Part shown: positions 37,011 to 46,669 of the stretch, one piece after another | Position numbering within the stretch: position 1 is the first letter of the stretch | How the letters are laid out: each line of letters starts with the position of its first letter | Assembly (NCBI GenBank): GCA_038245585.1 | Contig: JBBRSI010000001.1 | Location: 766 to 64,765 of the forward strand | Direction: 5' to 3' | Length of the DNA: 64,000 bases | From: Chitinophagales bacterium | Lineage (GTDB): Bacteria; Bacteroidota; Bacteroidia; Chitinophagales; Chitinophagaceae | Translations under genes and position numbers: made by a program | The notes under the pieces: model-generated | The model's input: only the letters and a program-made list of their open reading frames with translations | Told to the model about the DNA's origin: nothing | Databases searched by the model: none

Positions 37011-38324
37011 TTATTTTTTCCTGAAAAATAAGCGGATCGGTACGCCGGAGAAGGAAAAATTTTCACGCAATTTATTTTCCAAATAACTTTTATAAGGCTG
37101 CTTGATATCATCCGGGTAATTGCAGAAAAATGCAAAAGAAGGAACAATCGTGGGCAACTGTGTTACAAATTTTATTTTAATCGAATGTCCGCGTACAACG
37201 GGTGCATGATAGGCTTCAATGGCTTTGAGCATCACATCATTCAGTTTGCTGGTTGGTATTTTTTTGGATTTATTGGCATACACATCGAGTGCGATTTCAA
37301 TAACTTTAAAAATCCGTGTTTTTTCTTTTGCAGAAATAAAAAGTATCGGCACATCATTAAAAGGTGCGATCTTTTTTCTCACTTTGTCTTCAAAAGCTTT
37401 GGCCGGGTTGGTTTCTTTTTCAATGAGGTCCCATTTATTCACAAGAATTACTATGCCTTTACCTTTCCGCGCAGCCAATGAAAATAAGTTCACGTCTTGT
37501 GAGGTTATACCTTTTTCCGCATCAATCATCAGTAAACAAACATGTGCCTCGTCCATGGCGCGGATTGCACGGATGATGGAATAAAATTCCAGGTCATCTT
37601 TATCTTTATTTTTTTTGCGGATCCCGGCTGTATCAATTAAGATAAAATCTTTTTGAAATAAAGTATAGCGTGTATGAATCGTGTCACGTGTAGTTCCAGG
37701 AATATCGCTCACGATGGTTCGTTCTTCACCTAATAATGCATTTAATAAAGAAGACTTTCCCACATTTGGTTGACCCATTATTGCAATGCGCGGCAATTCA
37801 TTTTCTTCAATGGTGCTTTCTGATTTGTCCTCTGTAATATTCTCTGCCACTGCATCGAGCAATTCACCAGTGCCTGTACCACTGATACTGCTGACCGTAT
37901 AAAGCGGATCAAAACCCAAACTATAAAATTCTGATGCTTCCATCAGGCGCTCGTGGTTATCAACTTTATTGATGCAAAGCAAAACAGGTTTATTCGATTT
38001 GCGTAGCATATTTGCCATGCTTTGATCAAGGTCCGTGATGCCTGTAACTACATCACACATAAATATAATAATGTCGGCTTCATCAATCGCTATCTCTACC
38101 TGGCGGCGAATTTCCCGTTCGAAAATATCCTGGCTATTGGGCACAAAACCACCGGTATCAACGAGATTGAACGTCTTGCCATTCCATTCTGCAACTCCAT
38201 ATTGGCGGTCGCGCGTAACGCCGCTGATATCGTCCACGATAGCTTTCCGCTGCTCAAGTATGCGATTGAATAATGTACTTTTCCCTACATTGGGCCTGCC
38301 TGTAATTGCTACTGTGAAACTCAT
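37011..38324 (-). CDS. der: Ribosome-biogenesis GTPase Der (EngA), double G domain + KH-like domain
   Basis: Two P-loops (GRPNVGKST and GQPNVGKSS), each with DTGG/DTAG and NKxD motifs. 437 aa. Confidence 0.95.
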   Translation of the reverse strand: MSFTVAITGRPNVGKSTLFNRILEQRKAIVDDISGVTRDRQYGVAEWNGKTFNLVDTGGFVPNSQDIFEREIRRQVEIAIDEADIIIFMCDVVTGITDLDQSMANMLRKSNKPVLLCINKVDNHERLMEASEFYSLGFDPLYTVSSISGTGTGELLDAVAENITEDKSESTIEENELPRIAIMGQPNVGKSSLLNALLGEERTIVSDIPGTTRDTIHTRYTLFQKDFILIDTAGIRKKNKDKDDLEFYSIIRAIRAMDEAHVCLLMIDAEKGITSQDVNLFSLAARKGKGIVILVNKWDLIEKETNPAKAFEDKVRKKIAPFNDVPILFISAKEKTRIFKVIEIALDVYANKSKKIPTSKLNDVMLKAIEAYHAPVVRGHSIKIKFVTQLPTIVPSFAFFCNYPDDIKQPYKSYLENKLRENFSFSGVPIRLFFRKK

Positions 38325-38383
38325 GATCTCTTTTTTTATGCCTCGTAAAATTGTATGCTGTTCAACTATTTTTATAAAAAAAA

Positions 38384-39256
38384 TTAATACCCATATTCCC
38401 TTAAATACAGTTCATTGTCGCGCCACTTTGGCCGTACACGCACAAATAATTGCAGGTAAACTTTTTGCTGTAAAAATTTTTCGATATCAATTCTTGCAAG
38501 TGTGCCGAGTTCCCTGATCATATTGCCTTTTTCTCCCAGGATAATTCCTTTCTGTGTTTCGCGCTGCACAATGATATCTGCCTGGATCTTTATAATATTT
38601 TCTTTTTCTTTAAATTCATTCACCACGATGGCTGTGTCATATGGGATTTCTTCCTGGTATAATTCAAATATTTTTTCGCGGACTATTTCTCCTGCGAAAA
38701 ATTTCACAGGCATATCCGTCAGGTCATCCTGCGGATAAAAAGCTTCTCCTTCCGGTAACAATTCCACCATTTTATCCAGCAATAAATTGATATTGTTTTT
38801 TTCTAATGCAGAAACCGCAATAATATTTTTGCCATAAGGATGCCCTGCGAAAAATGAAATGATTGCATCCAATTTTTCTTTATTGATCTTGTCTGTTTTA
38901 TTGATAACAAGAATCACCGGAACTTTTAATTTTAAAGAAAGAAACAAGGTATCAATTTCTTCCAGGTTGCCTGTTGCATCTGCTAAAAGCACCGCTACAT
39001 CTGCATCTTCAAGAGCGCCCTTCACCTGCAGCATCATTTTTTCATGCAACTTATATTTCGGTTCATCCATAATGCCGGGCGTATCCGACAAGACAATTTG
39101 ATATATGCCGGGTTCATTAATAAAACCTTTGATACGCTGGCGTGTCGTTTGTGATTTATGTGAAACGATGGCCAGTTTTTCACCCAGCAATGCATTCATT
39201 AAAGTGCTTTTACCGGCATTGGGTTTCCCGAAAATATTTACAAAACCTGATTTCAA
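38384..39256 (-). CDS. era: GTPase Era
   Basis: P-loop GKPNAGKST, DTPG, NKTD and a C-terminal KH domain. 290 aa. Confidence 0.95.
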   Translation of the reverse strand: MKSGFVNIFGKPNAGKSTLMNALLGEKLAIVSHKSQTTRQRIKGFINEPGIYQIVLSDTPGIMDEPKYKLHEKMMLQVKGALEDADVAVLLADATGNLEEIDTLFLSLKLKVPVILVINKTDKINKEKLDAIISFFAGHPYGKNIIAVSALEKNNINLLLDKMVELLPEGEAFYPQDDLTDMPVKFFAGEIVREKIFELYQEEIPYDTAIVVNEFKEKENIIKIQADIIVQRETQKGIILGEKGNMIRELGTLARIDIEKFLQQKVYLQLFVRVRPKWRDNELYLREYGY

Positions 39257-39284
39257 AATGTTGATTGAAATTTAAAAATACATA

Positions 39285-39313
39285 AAACTAAAAAGTCCCG
39301 CAAGTGCGAGACT
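39285..39313 (-). terminator. Probable intrinsic terminator after the initiator tRNA
   Basis: The minus strand reads AGTCTCGCACTTGCGGGACT (9-bp stem, one mismatch), followed by TTTTTAGTTTT. Confidence 0.45.
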
Positions 39314-39319
39314 TTAAAC

Positions 39320-39394
<75 letters not shown>

Positions 39395-39458
39395 ATTTTA
39401 GGATTGCAAAGATACAGCGATGGAAGTTACCCGCCAAACTTGAATGAAATTAATGTCG

Positions 39459-40178
39459 TTAATCTTTTTTCTTAATGATAGATCCACCACTTGCATCCAC
39501 TGAACTCACATTGCCGGTGCCTTTATAATTTATGATGGAACCTCCACTGGCTTCAGCTTTCAGGTCTTTATTGATAGTTACATTTGTGATGGAACCGCCA
39601 CTTGCATCTACTGTGCATGAATTTACAGAAAGACTATAATCTTTAAAAATACTTCCACCGCTGAGTTCAATTTTCAACTGATCAAAGGAACCAGACAATT
39701 TAGATATGCTGCCACCACTGAGATCAGCTTTCATGCTGGAACCCTGGAAACTTCCTTCAATAATGCTGCCACCACTTGCGTCTACGGAAATGGCATTTAC
39801 TTTTATATTATCCTGGATCTTCGCGATAGAACCGCCGGAAGCGCCTAAATAAGTAAGGTCTGTGCAGGTGACATAGGCTTTTAATTTTTTACTGCCCCAG
39901 TTAAAGCCATTCCACATACCACTTTCCACCTTAATTGTTAGCACACCATTTTTGACCGTGGTAATAATTTTGTCTACGTATTTGGAATCATCGGCGCTTA
40001 CCGCTACGGCTTGTGTGCTGCCTTGTGAGAGGTATAAAACAATACCATTACTTACATCAACGCCATTGAAACTGCCCACTTTACGAACTTGTGCATTGGC
40101 ATCATACACCACATTTTGCGCATACGTAATAGTGGTAAAAAGCGCAGCAGCTACGAGAAAACCGAAATATTTTTTCAT
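39459..40178 (-). CDS. DUF2807 / head GIN domain protein (putative beta-helical surface protein)
   Basis: Signal peptide MKKYFGFLVAAALFTTITYAQ. The SGGSI motif recurs about every 20 residues (DASGGSI, LSGGSI). The ATG at 40178 is preferred over the tracked 40211. Confidence 0.7.
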   Translation of the reverse strand: MKKYFGFLVAAALFTTITYAQNVVYDANAQVRKVGSFNGVDVSNGIVLYLSQGSTQAVAVSADDSKYVDKIITTVKNGVLTIKVESGMWNGFNWGSKKLKAYVTCTDLTYLGASGGSIAKIQDNIKVNAISVDASGGSIIEGSFQGSSMKADLSGGSISKLSGSFDQLKIELSGGSIFKDYSLSVNSCTVDASGGSITNVTINKDLKAEASGGSIINYKGTGNVSSVDASGGSIIKKKD

Positions 40179-40274
40179 GTTGTTTAATTTAATACACCTG
40201 TAACGGTTCATGAAATAAAAAGTTACAAATAATTTTTTGTTGTGTAATTTTGCAATAGCAATTTGTACAAATTG

Positions 40275-40347
40275 TTCCCGGGGTGCCCATCAAAAGGCTG
40301 AGATAATACCCGTAAAACCTGATCAGGATAATGCCTGCGGAGGGAAG
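40275..40347 (+). promoter_or_regulatory. TPP (THI-box) riboswitch aptamer
   Basis: CGGGGTGCCC...GGCTGAGATAATACCCGTAAAACCTGATCAGGATAATGCCTGCGGAGGGAAG aligns almost base for base with the E. coli thiM/thiC THI-box core (GGGGUGC, GCUGAGA, ACCCnnnnnACCUGAUCUGGAUAAUGCCAGCG, AGGGAA). A T-rich tract follows at about 40390-40405. Confidence 0.9.
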
Positions 40348-40410
40348 CGAAAAATGCACACACTTTCTTAAGCTCCATCCCTGTTCAGTATTTTTTGATT
40401 TTTTAATAAA

Positions 40411-42795
40411 ATGAACATGCTAAAAATATGGATGGCGCTTATTGCACTTTTTTGCACAAGTTTTTTAAATGCTCAAATTGTTATTTCCGGAAAAGTCACT
40501 GATGCGCAGCAAAACGTTTTGCCCGGCGCAACGCTCGAACTTATTTCTCCAAACAAAACACTTCAAACAATTTCCACTGACGCAGGAATATTTGAAATTA
40601 AAAGTGCAGAAAAAAATGTCAAAGCAATTTTGCGTTGCAGTTATATAGGTAAAAAAACATTTGACATAAAAGTTTTTTTAAATAAAAATCAGCAAATTGA
40701 TTTTCAGCTGGCTGATGAAAATTTATTTTTAAAACCTTTGGAAATTCAATCTGTGCGGGCTTCTGACCGCGCACCATTTACCATCACCAATATTAAAACA
40801 TCTTCGCTCGCGCAAAAAAATATTGGCCAGGACCTTCCATTTTTATTAAATCAACTGCCTTCCGTGACCATCACATCTGATGCGGGAAATGGTATTGGTT
40901 ATACCGGCATTCGCATTCGCGGAACGGATGCAACAAGAATCAATGTAACGCTGAATGGTATTCCTTACAATGACGCAGAAAGCCAGGGCACTTATTTTGT
41001 AGATATTCCGGATATTTTTTCTTCGGCGGGTTCTATACAAGTGCAAAGAGGGATCGGTACATCCACCAATGGGGGCGGGGCTTTTGGCGCAACCATCAAC
41101 CTTTTTACCAATGATTTTATTGACAGCGCCTATGCAGAAATTTCCAATACGTACGGTTCGTTCAACACATGGCGCAACAGTATCAAAGCCGGTACCGGTT
41201 TATTGAATAATCATTTCACGGCGGACATCAGGCTAAGCCGTATTTCCAGTGATGGTTTCATTGACAGGGCTGCAAGTAATTTGCAATCTTTGTATTTTTC
41301 TACGGCATATATCAATGATAAAACTTCTTTGCGTTTTAATTTTATCAGTGGTAAAGAAAAAACATACCAGGCATGGTATGGAGTGCCGCAGGATTTATTA
41401 AAAACAGATCCCACCTATAATCCCGCGGGCATGGAAAAACCCGGAGAGCCGTATAATAATCAAACGGATAATTATCAGCAGGATCATTACCAATTGTTTT
41501 ATAATCAAAAAATAAACAGCAGCACAGATTTTAATATTGCCACATTTCTTACGCGGGGTAAAGGTTATTATGAAGAATATAAAGCCGGCCAGGATTACGC
41601 GGATTATAATTTACCCAATGTGATTATTGGAAATGATACGATCTATACAACCGATCTCGTGCGCAGGAGATGGCTGGATAATTATTTTTACGGACAAATT
41701 TTTTCCTTACAAAATCACATGGCTAAAAGTGAGTTTACCATTGGCGGGAACTGGACAAAATATGATGGAAAACATTTTGGCGAAGTGATATGGGCAGAAA
41801 ATTCTGCGCCAAAAGATTTTGAATATTATCGTTTCCCCGCTACCAAATCTGACTATGCCCTGTATGCAAAATGGCTGTATAAAATAAATAATCAATGGAG
41901 CATTTTTAATGATGTTCAATACCGAAATGTGCGCTATGAAATGGATGGTTTTGAAGACAATCCAACATTAAATATCAACAGGCAATTTAATTTTATAAAT
42001 CCCAAAACTGGTATCAGTTTTAATGATGCAAAAACGCACGCGTATTTAAGTTATGCACTAGCCGGCAAGGAACCCAACCGCGATGATTATGAAGCATCTT
42101 TAACGGAACAACCAAAGCCAGAATACCTGCATGATTTTGAAGCAGGTATTGACAAAAAAATGAATCGCTTTTCTGCGAGTGCTACTTTGTATTATATGTT
42201 ATATAAAGACCAGTTAGCACTCACGGGTAAAATAAATAAAGAGGGAAGTTATACGCGCGTGAATGTGCCCAATAGTTACAGGCTGGGATTGGAATTACAG
42301 GGCGCGGCGCAATTATTGGATTGGCTGGAACTAAGCGCCAACGCCACTTTCAGCAGGAATAAAATAAAGGAATTTACAGAATATATTGATGATTATGATG
42401 ATGGCACGCAACAAATTGTGCAACATGAACATGCGGATATTTCATTTTCACCGGCTGTTGTGGGTGCATTATCTTTGGGAATAAAACCTTTAAAAAATGT
42501 ATATATTTCATTGGACAGTAAATATGTGGGCAAACAATATTTAGACAATACACAAAATGATGCGCGCGCATTGAAGGCTTTTTTTCATGAAGATGCGCGA
42601 ATCGTATATAGTCCGCGTAAAAGTATTTTTTCGGCCTGCACTTTAATTGTACAAATCAGTAATATATTCAATCATATATATGAAAGCAATGGCGCGACCT
42701 ATCCATATATTTATGATAAAAATTTAGTGAATGATAATTATTATTATCCCATGGCGGGAACTAATTTTTTGTTGGGGTTGAATGTAAAATTTTGA
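40411..42795 (+). CDS. TonB-dependent outer-membrane receptor with N-terminal CarboxypepD_reg-like domain
   Basis: 794 aa. The signal peptide ends in NAQ, followed by ISGKVTDAQQNVLPGATL (carboxypeptidase-regulatory-like fold). Plug-domain blocks (IRIRGTDATRINVTLNGIPYND) are present, and the beta-barrel ends in the terminal aromatic residue of LGLNVKF. Confidence 0.9.
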   Translation: MNMLKIWMALIALFCTSFLNAQIVISGKVTDAQQNVLPGATLELISPNKTLQTISTDAGIFEIKSAEKNVKAILRCSYIGKKTFDIKVFLNKNQQIDFQLADENLFLKPLEIQSVRASDRAPFTITNIKTSSLAQKNIGQDLPFLLNQLPSVTITSDAGNGIGYTGIRIRGTDATRINVTLNGIPYNDAESQGTYFVDIPDIFSSAGSIQVQRGIGTSTNGGGAFGATINLFTNDFIDSAYAEISNTYGSFNTWRNSIKAGTGLLNNHFTADIRLSRISSDGFIDRAASNLQSLYFSTAYINDKTSLRFNFISGKEKTYQAWYGVPQDLLKTDPTYNPAGMEKPGEPYNNQTDNYQQDHYQLFYNQKINSSTDFNIATFLTRGKGYYEEYKAGQDYADYNLPNVIIGNDTIYTTDLVRRRWLDNYFYGQIFSLQNHMAKSEFTIGGNWTKYDGKHFGEVIWAENSAPKDFEYYRFPATKSDYALYAKWLYKINNQWSIFNDVQYRNVRYEMDGFEDNPTLNINRQFNFINPKTGISFNDAKTHAYLSYALAGKEPNRDDYEASLTEQPKPEYLHDFEAGIDKKMNRFSASATLYYMLYKDQLALTGKINKEGSYTRVNVPNSYRLGLELQGAAQLLDWLELSANATFSRNKIKEFTEYIDDYDDGTQQIVQHEHADISFSPAVVGALSLGIKPLKNVYISLDSKYVGKQYLDNTQNDARALKAFFHEDARIVYSPRKSIFSACTLIVQISNIFNHIYESNGATYPYIYDKNLVNDNYYYPMAGTNFLLGLNVKF

Positions 42796-43027
42796 TGAAG
42801 GATAGAATTATGTAGGATTTGGTGATGTAGGATGTAGGATTTTTTTATTTCGGTTCAGAATTTTTACTAAGTGTTACAAGAATGATTTATTTTAAAATAA
42901 ATGAAAAACCAAAAGATGGAAAATTATTTTTCATCTTTTGTAAAACAAAAAATCATAAATCATAAATCCTAATTCTTTAATAAAAAAGATTTTCTCTTAT
43001 ACGATTTTAATTTTTTATAACTCATTT

Positions 43028-43125
43028 TTCCGCCATTTTTGGCTGCCTGACCAAAAATTTTTCTAAAATTATTCAAATATATATTCGACGCTGGTAATGC
43101 TGGTCAGGCGACCAGCATCGGCATA
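43028..43125. repeat. Solo, inverted, shorter copy of the GGTCAGGCGACC paired-hairpin element
   Basis: 43036-43057 reads TTTTTGGCTGCCTGACCAAAAA, which with its flank CGCCATTTTTGG is the reverse complement of the 619-646 region. 43097-43118 is a perfect hairpin, ATGCTGGTC-AGGC-GACCAGCAT. Confidence 0.75.
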
Positions 43126-43225
43126 GTGGATAAGAGTATACAATCAGTTACAGCAAACCATGTTTGTATGATGATACATCAACATTAACTTTTATGCTTG
43201 CTGTAAAAATTTATTTTTATCAAAA

Positions 43226-43825
43226 ATGAATACAATGAATAAATTATCCATATTACTAATGGCCGTTTTCATAACAGCAACTTCTTTCGCACAAAATACT
43301 GTTTATCCCGAAGGCCTGAAAGTAGGAGATAAAGCGCCGCAAATCCAGGGAATGGATAATAGCGGGAAAGTCTTTGATTTAAAAAAGCAATTAAAAAAAG
43401 GTGACGTTGTCATAATTTTTTATCGCGGTCAGTGGTGCCCGTATTGCAACAGGGAATTAAATAGTTTAAATGATTCACTTTCTTTAATTACCGCCAAAGG
43501 AGCGACGGTGATTGCAGTATCGCCTGAAACACAGGAAAATATAGTTAAAACAGTAGGAAAAACAAAAGCCTCTTTTCCTATCATAAGTGATTCAGCAATG
43601 GCCATCATGAAAATGTATAAAGTGAATTTTGCTGTAGATGAAGACACGCAAATAAAGTATAAAAAATATGGGATTGACTTCACCCAGGCGAATGGAACTA
43701 ATGGCGCTAATTTACCCGTACCCGCAACATATATTGTAAGTAAAGATGGAATCATAAAGTATGTTTTTTTTAATCCAGACTATAAAATCAGAAGCTCTGT
43801 CCAGGATTTGCTGAATCATTTGTAG
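43226..43825 (+). CDS. Secreted thioredoxin-fold peroxiredoxin/redoxin (AhpC/TSA family)
   Basis: 199 aa. Signal peptide, then FYRGQWCPYCN (CxxC redox motif in AhpC/TSA context). Confidence 0.8.
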   Translation: MNTMNKLSILLMAVFITATSFAQNTVYPEGLKVGDKAPQIQGMDNSGKVFDLKKQLKKGDVVIIFYRGQWCPYCNRELNSLNDSLSLITAKGATVIAVSPETQENIVKTVGKTKASFPIISDSAMAIMKMYKVNFAVDEDTQIKYKKYGIDFTQANGTNGANLPVPATYIVSKDGIIKYVFFNPDYKIRSSVQDLLNHL

Positions 43826-44088
43826 TAACATTATAAACAGGCATATAAGGGAAATCCTATCAGCGTTTAAAAACTGTTCACACCTTATTCCATGTTATAT
43901 TGGCAAGGTTATTAAATGCTTTTATATATATAACGAATGCTTCACAACTCCGTGTAATTCAAAACGGGGGCAACGGTTTGCCTGGTTATTAAATCTTAAT
44001 TAATCCTTTCATTTTTCCCTTTATAAAAACCTTTGCGCTGAATTAATTTTCAAAACATAATTTCGTAGCGAATCGAAATATCTTCCAT

Positions 44089-46602
44089 ATGAAATTATAC
44101 AGGTTTGTTTTTTATGCAGCGCTTTTGTTAACAGGCTTTTTTGCAAACGCACAACCGCCTGCTATCAACAATAGCGCAGACATTTTTTTACAACTCAAAA
44201 AACTCAATGTCGTCGGCTCTGTATTGTATATAGCAGCCCACCCGGATGATGAAAATACACGGTTATTAGCGTATTTATCCAAAGGCCGTTTATTGCAAAC
44301 CGGTTACCTGAGTTTGACCCGCGGTGATGGCGGACAAAATTTAATTGGTGATGAACAAGGCATTGACCTCGGCCTCATTCGCACACAGGAATTGCTGGAT
44401 GCACGCAGGATCGATGGCGCGCAACAGTTTTTTTCACGCGCTTATGATTTTGGTTTTTGCAAAACCGCCACAGAAGCACTGGATACATGGGGACATGATA
44501 AAATATTAAGTGACGTGGTTTGGGTGATCCGGAAATTTCGTCCCGATGTGATCATTACAAGATTTCCCGGTGATGCGCGCGCGGGTCATGGCCATCATGC
44601 AGCTTCTTCCATCTTAGCGAACGAGGCATTTAAAGATGCAGCCGACCCAAATAAATTTCCCGAACAATTGAAAGACGGCGTTGAAGTTTGGCAGGCAAAA
44701 AGAATTTTCTGGAACACATTTAATTTTGGTGGCTTGAACACCACAGATTCTACACAACTTAAATTGAATGTAGGTGGTTATAATAATTTGTTGGGGAAAA
44801 GTTATGGTGAACTGGCCGCTGAAAGCCGCAGTGAGCATAAGAGCCAGGGATTTGGCGTGCCCGCACAAAGAGGAGAATCTAATGAATTTTTTTTGTTAAC
44901 CGGCGGCGCTGCAGCACAAAAAGATATCCTGGATGGCGTGGATATTTCCTGGGATAAAATACCGGCTGGTGAAAAAATTCAGCCACTCGTACAAAGCATT
45001 ATTGATTCCTACAATTTTGAACACCCGGAAAATTCTGTAGATAAACTTATCACACTTTATACTACGATTAATGCATTGCCTGATGGTTTTTGGAAAAAGA
45101 AAAAACTGGATGCAACAAGTAACCTGATTGCTGAATGCAGTGGCATTTTCGCGGAAGCAATTGCTTCGAATGAATTCTTGGTAGCAGGCAGCAATGCACG
45201 TGTTGGCATTTCTGTGATCGCGCGAAATAATGTGCCGGTGACACTGGAAAAAATTTCGTTGAATCAATTTGATAGCACATTAAACTTGCCATTGGCGGTG
45301 GATAAAAATTATTCATTCCAACATCAAATGCAAGTACCTAATGATGTGATGAAAACACAACCATACTGGATAAGACAACCGTTGGCTTATGGAAGTTTTG
45401 ATGTAAGCGATCAGCAAATGATCGGCAAAGCGCAAAACGGTCCTGCGTTCACCGCCTCATTTACATTTAAATTTTATGGTCAAAATATCACGATTGAAAA
45501 ACCCGTTCAATATGAATACACCGATCCTACGCGTGGTGAATTACATGAACCTGTTGCCGTAATTCCTGCATTGGATATATCTGTTTCACCATCAATTATT
45601 TTTACAAATAGGATGCGAGATGGAAAAGTTATTGAGCCACAAAATATTTCACTCCAATTAAACAGTCATATCACATCAAAGAACCAACAGGCGAAAATTA
45701 TTTTATACAAAGCGAATTCAATTGCCTGGTCCCGCGATACGATTATTGATTTTGAAAATGGAAAACAATATAGTTTTTCAGTACCCGTTTCGGCTTTGAA
45801 AAATGGAGATTTAAATGGGCATTTATATGCAGGTGCGGAAATTAATTATGATGGAAAAAATACAGTTTTTGATAAACGAATTCATTCCATTCGGTATGCG
45901 CATATTCCTGATATCAATTATCTGGCTACGGATTCAATGAAAATTTCCAGCGAGAAAATTGTTGTCGCACAAAAACGGATTGCCTACATAGAAGGTGCAG
46001 GAGATAAAGTCGAAGCGGCTTTGCGGCAAATGGGTTATGCAGTTACTGTTTTACATGAAGCAGATATCACCATGCAAAAGTTAAGATCTTTTGATGTAAT
46101 TATTACCGGCGTGCGTGCATACAATGTGCTGGACTGGCTTCCGGGGAAATATGAAGTGCTCATGCAATTTGTAAAAGAAGGTGGAAATTTAATTGTTCAA
46201 TACAATACGAATAATCAATTATCAGGTGTACCTTTTGCAATCGGTCCTTATCCATTTACTATTAGCCGCACAAGGGTGACGGATGAAAATGCGGATGTAA
46301 AATTTTTACTGCCGCAGCATGAAGTGTTGAATTTTCCCAATAAGATTTCCCAAAAAGACTTTGACAGCTGGATCCAGGAACGCAGTATTTACCAGGCAGA
46401 AAAAATAGATAGCCATTACGCAGCTATTTTTGGCATGCATGATGCAGATGAGCCGGAATCCAATGGCAGCCTTATTATCACACCTTTTGGTAAAGGAAAT
46501 TTTGCGTATGCAAGCTTGGTTTTTTTCAGGGAATTACCGGCAGGATTGGATGGCGCATTTAAATTATTTGCCAACCTCATTGCAATGCCAAAAAATAAAT
46601 AA
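44089..46602 (+). CDS. Secreted PIG-L/LmbE-family N-acetylglucosaminyl deacetylase with a large C-terminal extension (ThuA/GATase1-like end)
   Basis: 837 aa. The signal peptide ends in ANAQ. The zinc motif is AAHPDDENTRLL, with downstream HGHH. The C-terminal approximately 200 aa (IAYIEGAGDKV...VIITGVRAYNV) resembles a class-I-amidotransferase-like fold. Confidence 0.8.
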   Translation: MKLYRFVFYAALLLTGFFANAQPPAINNSADIFLQLKKLNVVGSVLYIAAHPDDENTRLLAYLSKGRLLQTGYLSLTRGDGGQNLIGDEQGIDLGLIRTQELLDARRIDGAQQFFSRAYDFGFCKTATEALDTWGHDKILSDVVWVIRKFRPDVIITRFPGDARAGHGHHAASSILANEAFKDAADPNKFPEQLKDGVEVWQAKRIFWNTFNFGGLNTTDSTQLKLNVGGYNNLLGKSYGELAAESRSEHKSQGFGVPAQRGESNEFFLLTGGAAAQKDILDGVDISWDKIPAGEKIQPLVQSIIDSYNFEHPENSVDKLITLYTTINALPDGFWKKKKLDATSNLIAECSGIFAEAIASNEFLVAGSNARVGISVIARNNVPVTLEKISLNQFDSTLNLPLAVDKNYSFQHQMQVPNDVMKTQPYWIRQPLAYGSFDVSDQQMIGKAQNGPAFTASFTFKFYGQNITIEKPVQYEYTDPTRGELHEPVAVIPALDISVSPSIIFTNRMRDGKVIEPQNISLQLNSHITSKNQQAKIILYKANSIAWSRDTIIDFENGKQYSFSVPVSALKNGDLNGHLYAGAEINYDGKNTVFDKRIHSIRYAHIPDINYLATDSMKISSEKIVVAQKRIAYIEGAGDKVEAALRQMGYAVTVLHEADITMQKLRSFDVIITGVRAYNVLDWLPGKYEVLMQFVKEGGNLIVQYNTNNQLSGVPFAIGPYPFTISRTRVTDENADVKFLLPQHEVLNFPNKISQKDFDSWIQERSIYQAEKIDSHYAAIFGMHDADEPESNGSLIITPFGKGNFAYASLVFFRELPAGLDGAFKLFANLIAMPKNK

Positions 46603-46669
46603 TTATTTTAAAATAAAATTGTGCGGGAATAAAAGTGATTGAACTAAGTTCACTTAAAATTATTTTTCC

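Noticed and set aside
42806-42985. An imperfect inverted repeat (GAATTATGTAGGATTTGGTGAT ... ATCATAAATCATAAATCCTAATTC) flanks about 170 bp downstream of the TonB-dependent receptor. Local tandem TGTAGGAT and ATCATAA words are present, along with an AT-rich hairpin at 42911-42939. This could be a possible MITE.
   Set aside because: The arms are low-complexity and match only about 13 of 15 positions over a short core. No target-site duplication is evident, and the hairpin is almost pure A/T. This is too weak to call.
43907-43994. An 11-nt direct repeat, GGTTATTAAAT, occurs at 43907-43917 and 43984-43994 upstream of the PIG-L gene. It could be a regulator binding site.
   Set aside because: It is a single pair of short AT-rich words with no dyad symmetry and no nearby regulator gene. 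It could easily be chance in AT-rich DNA.
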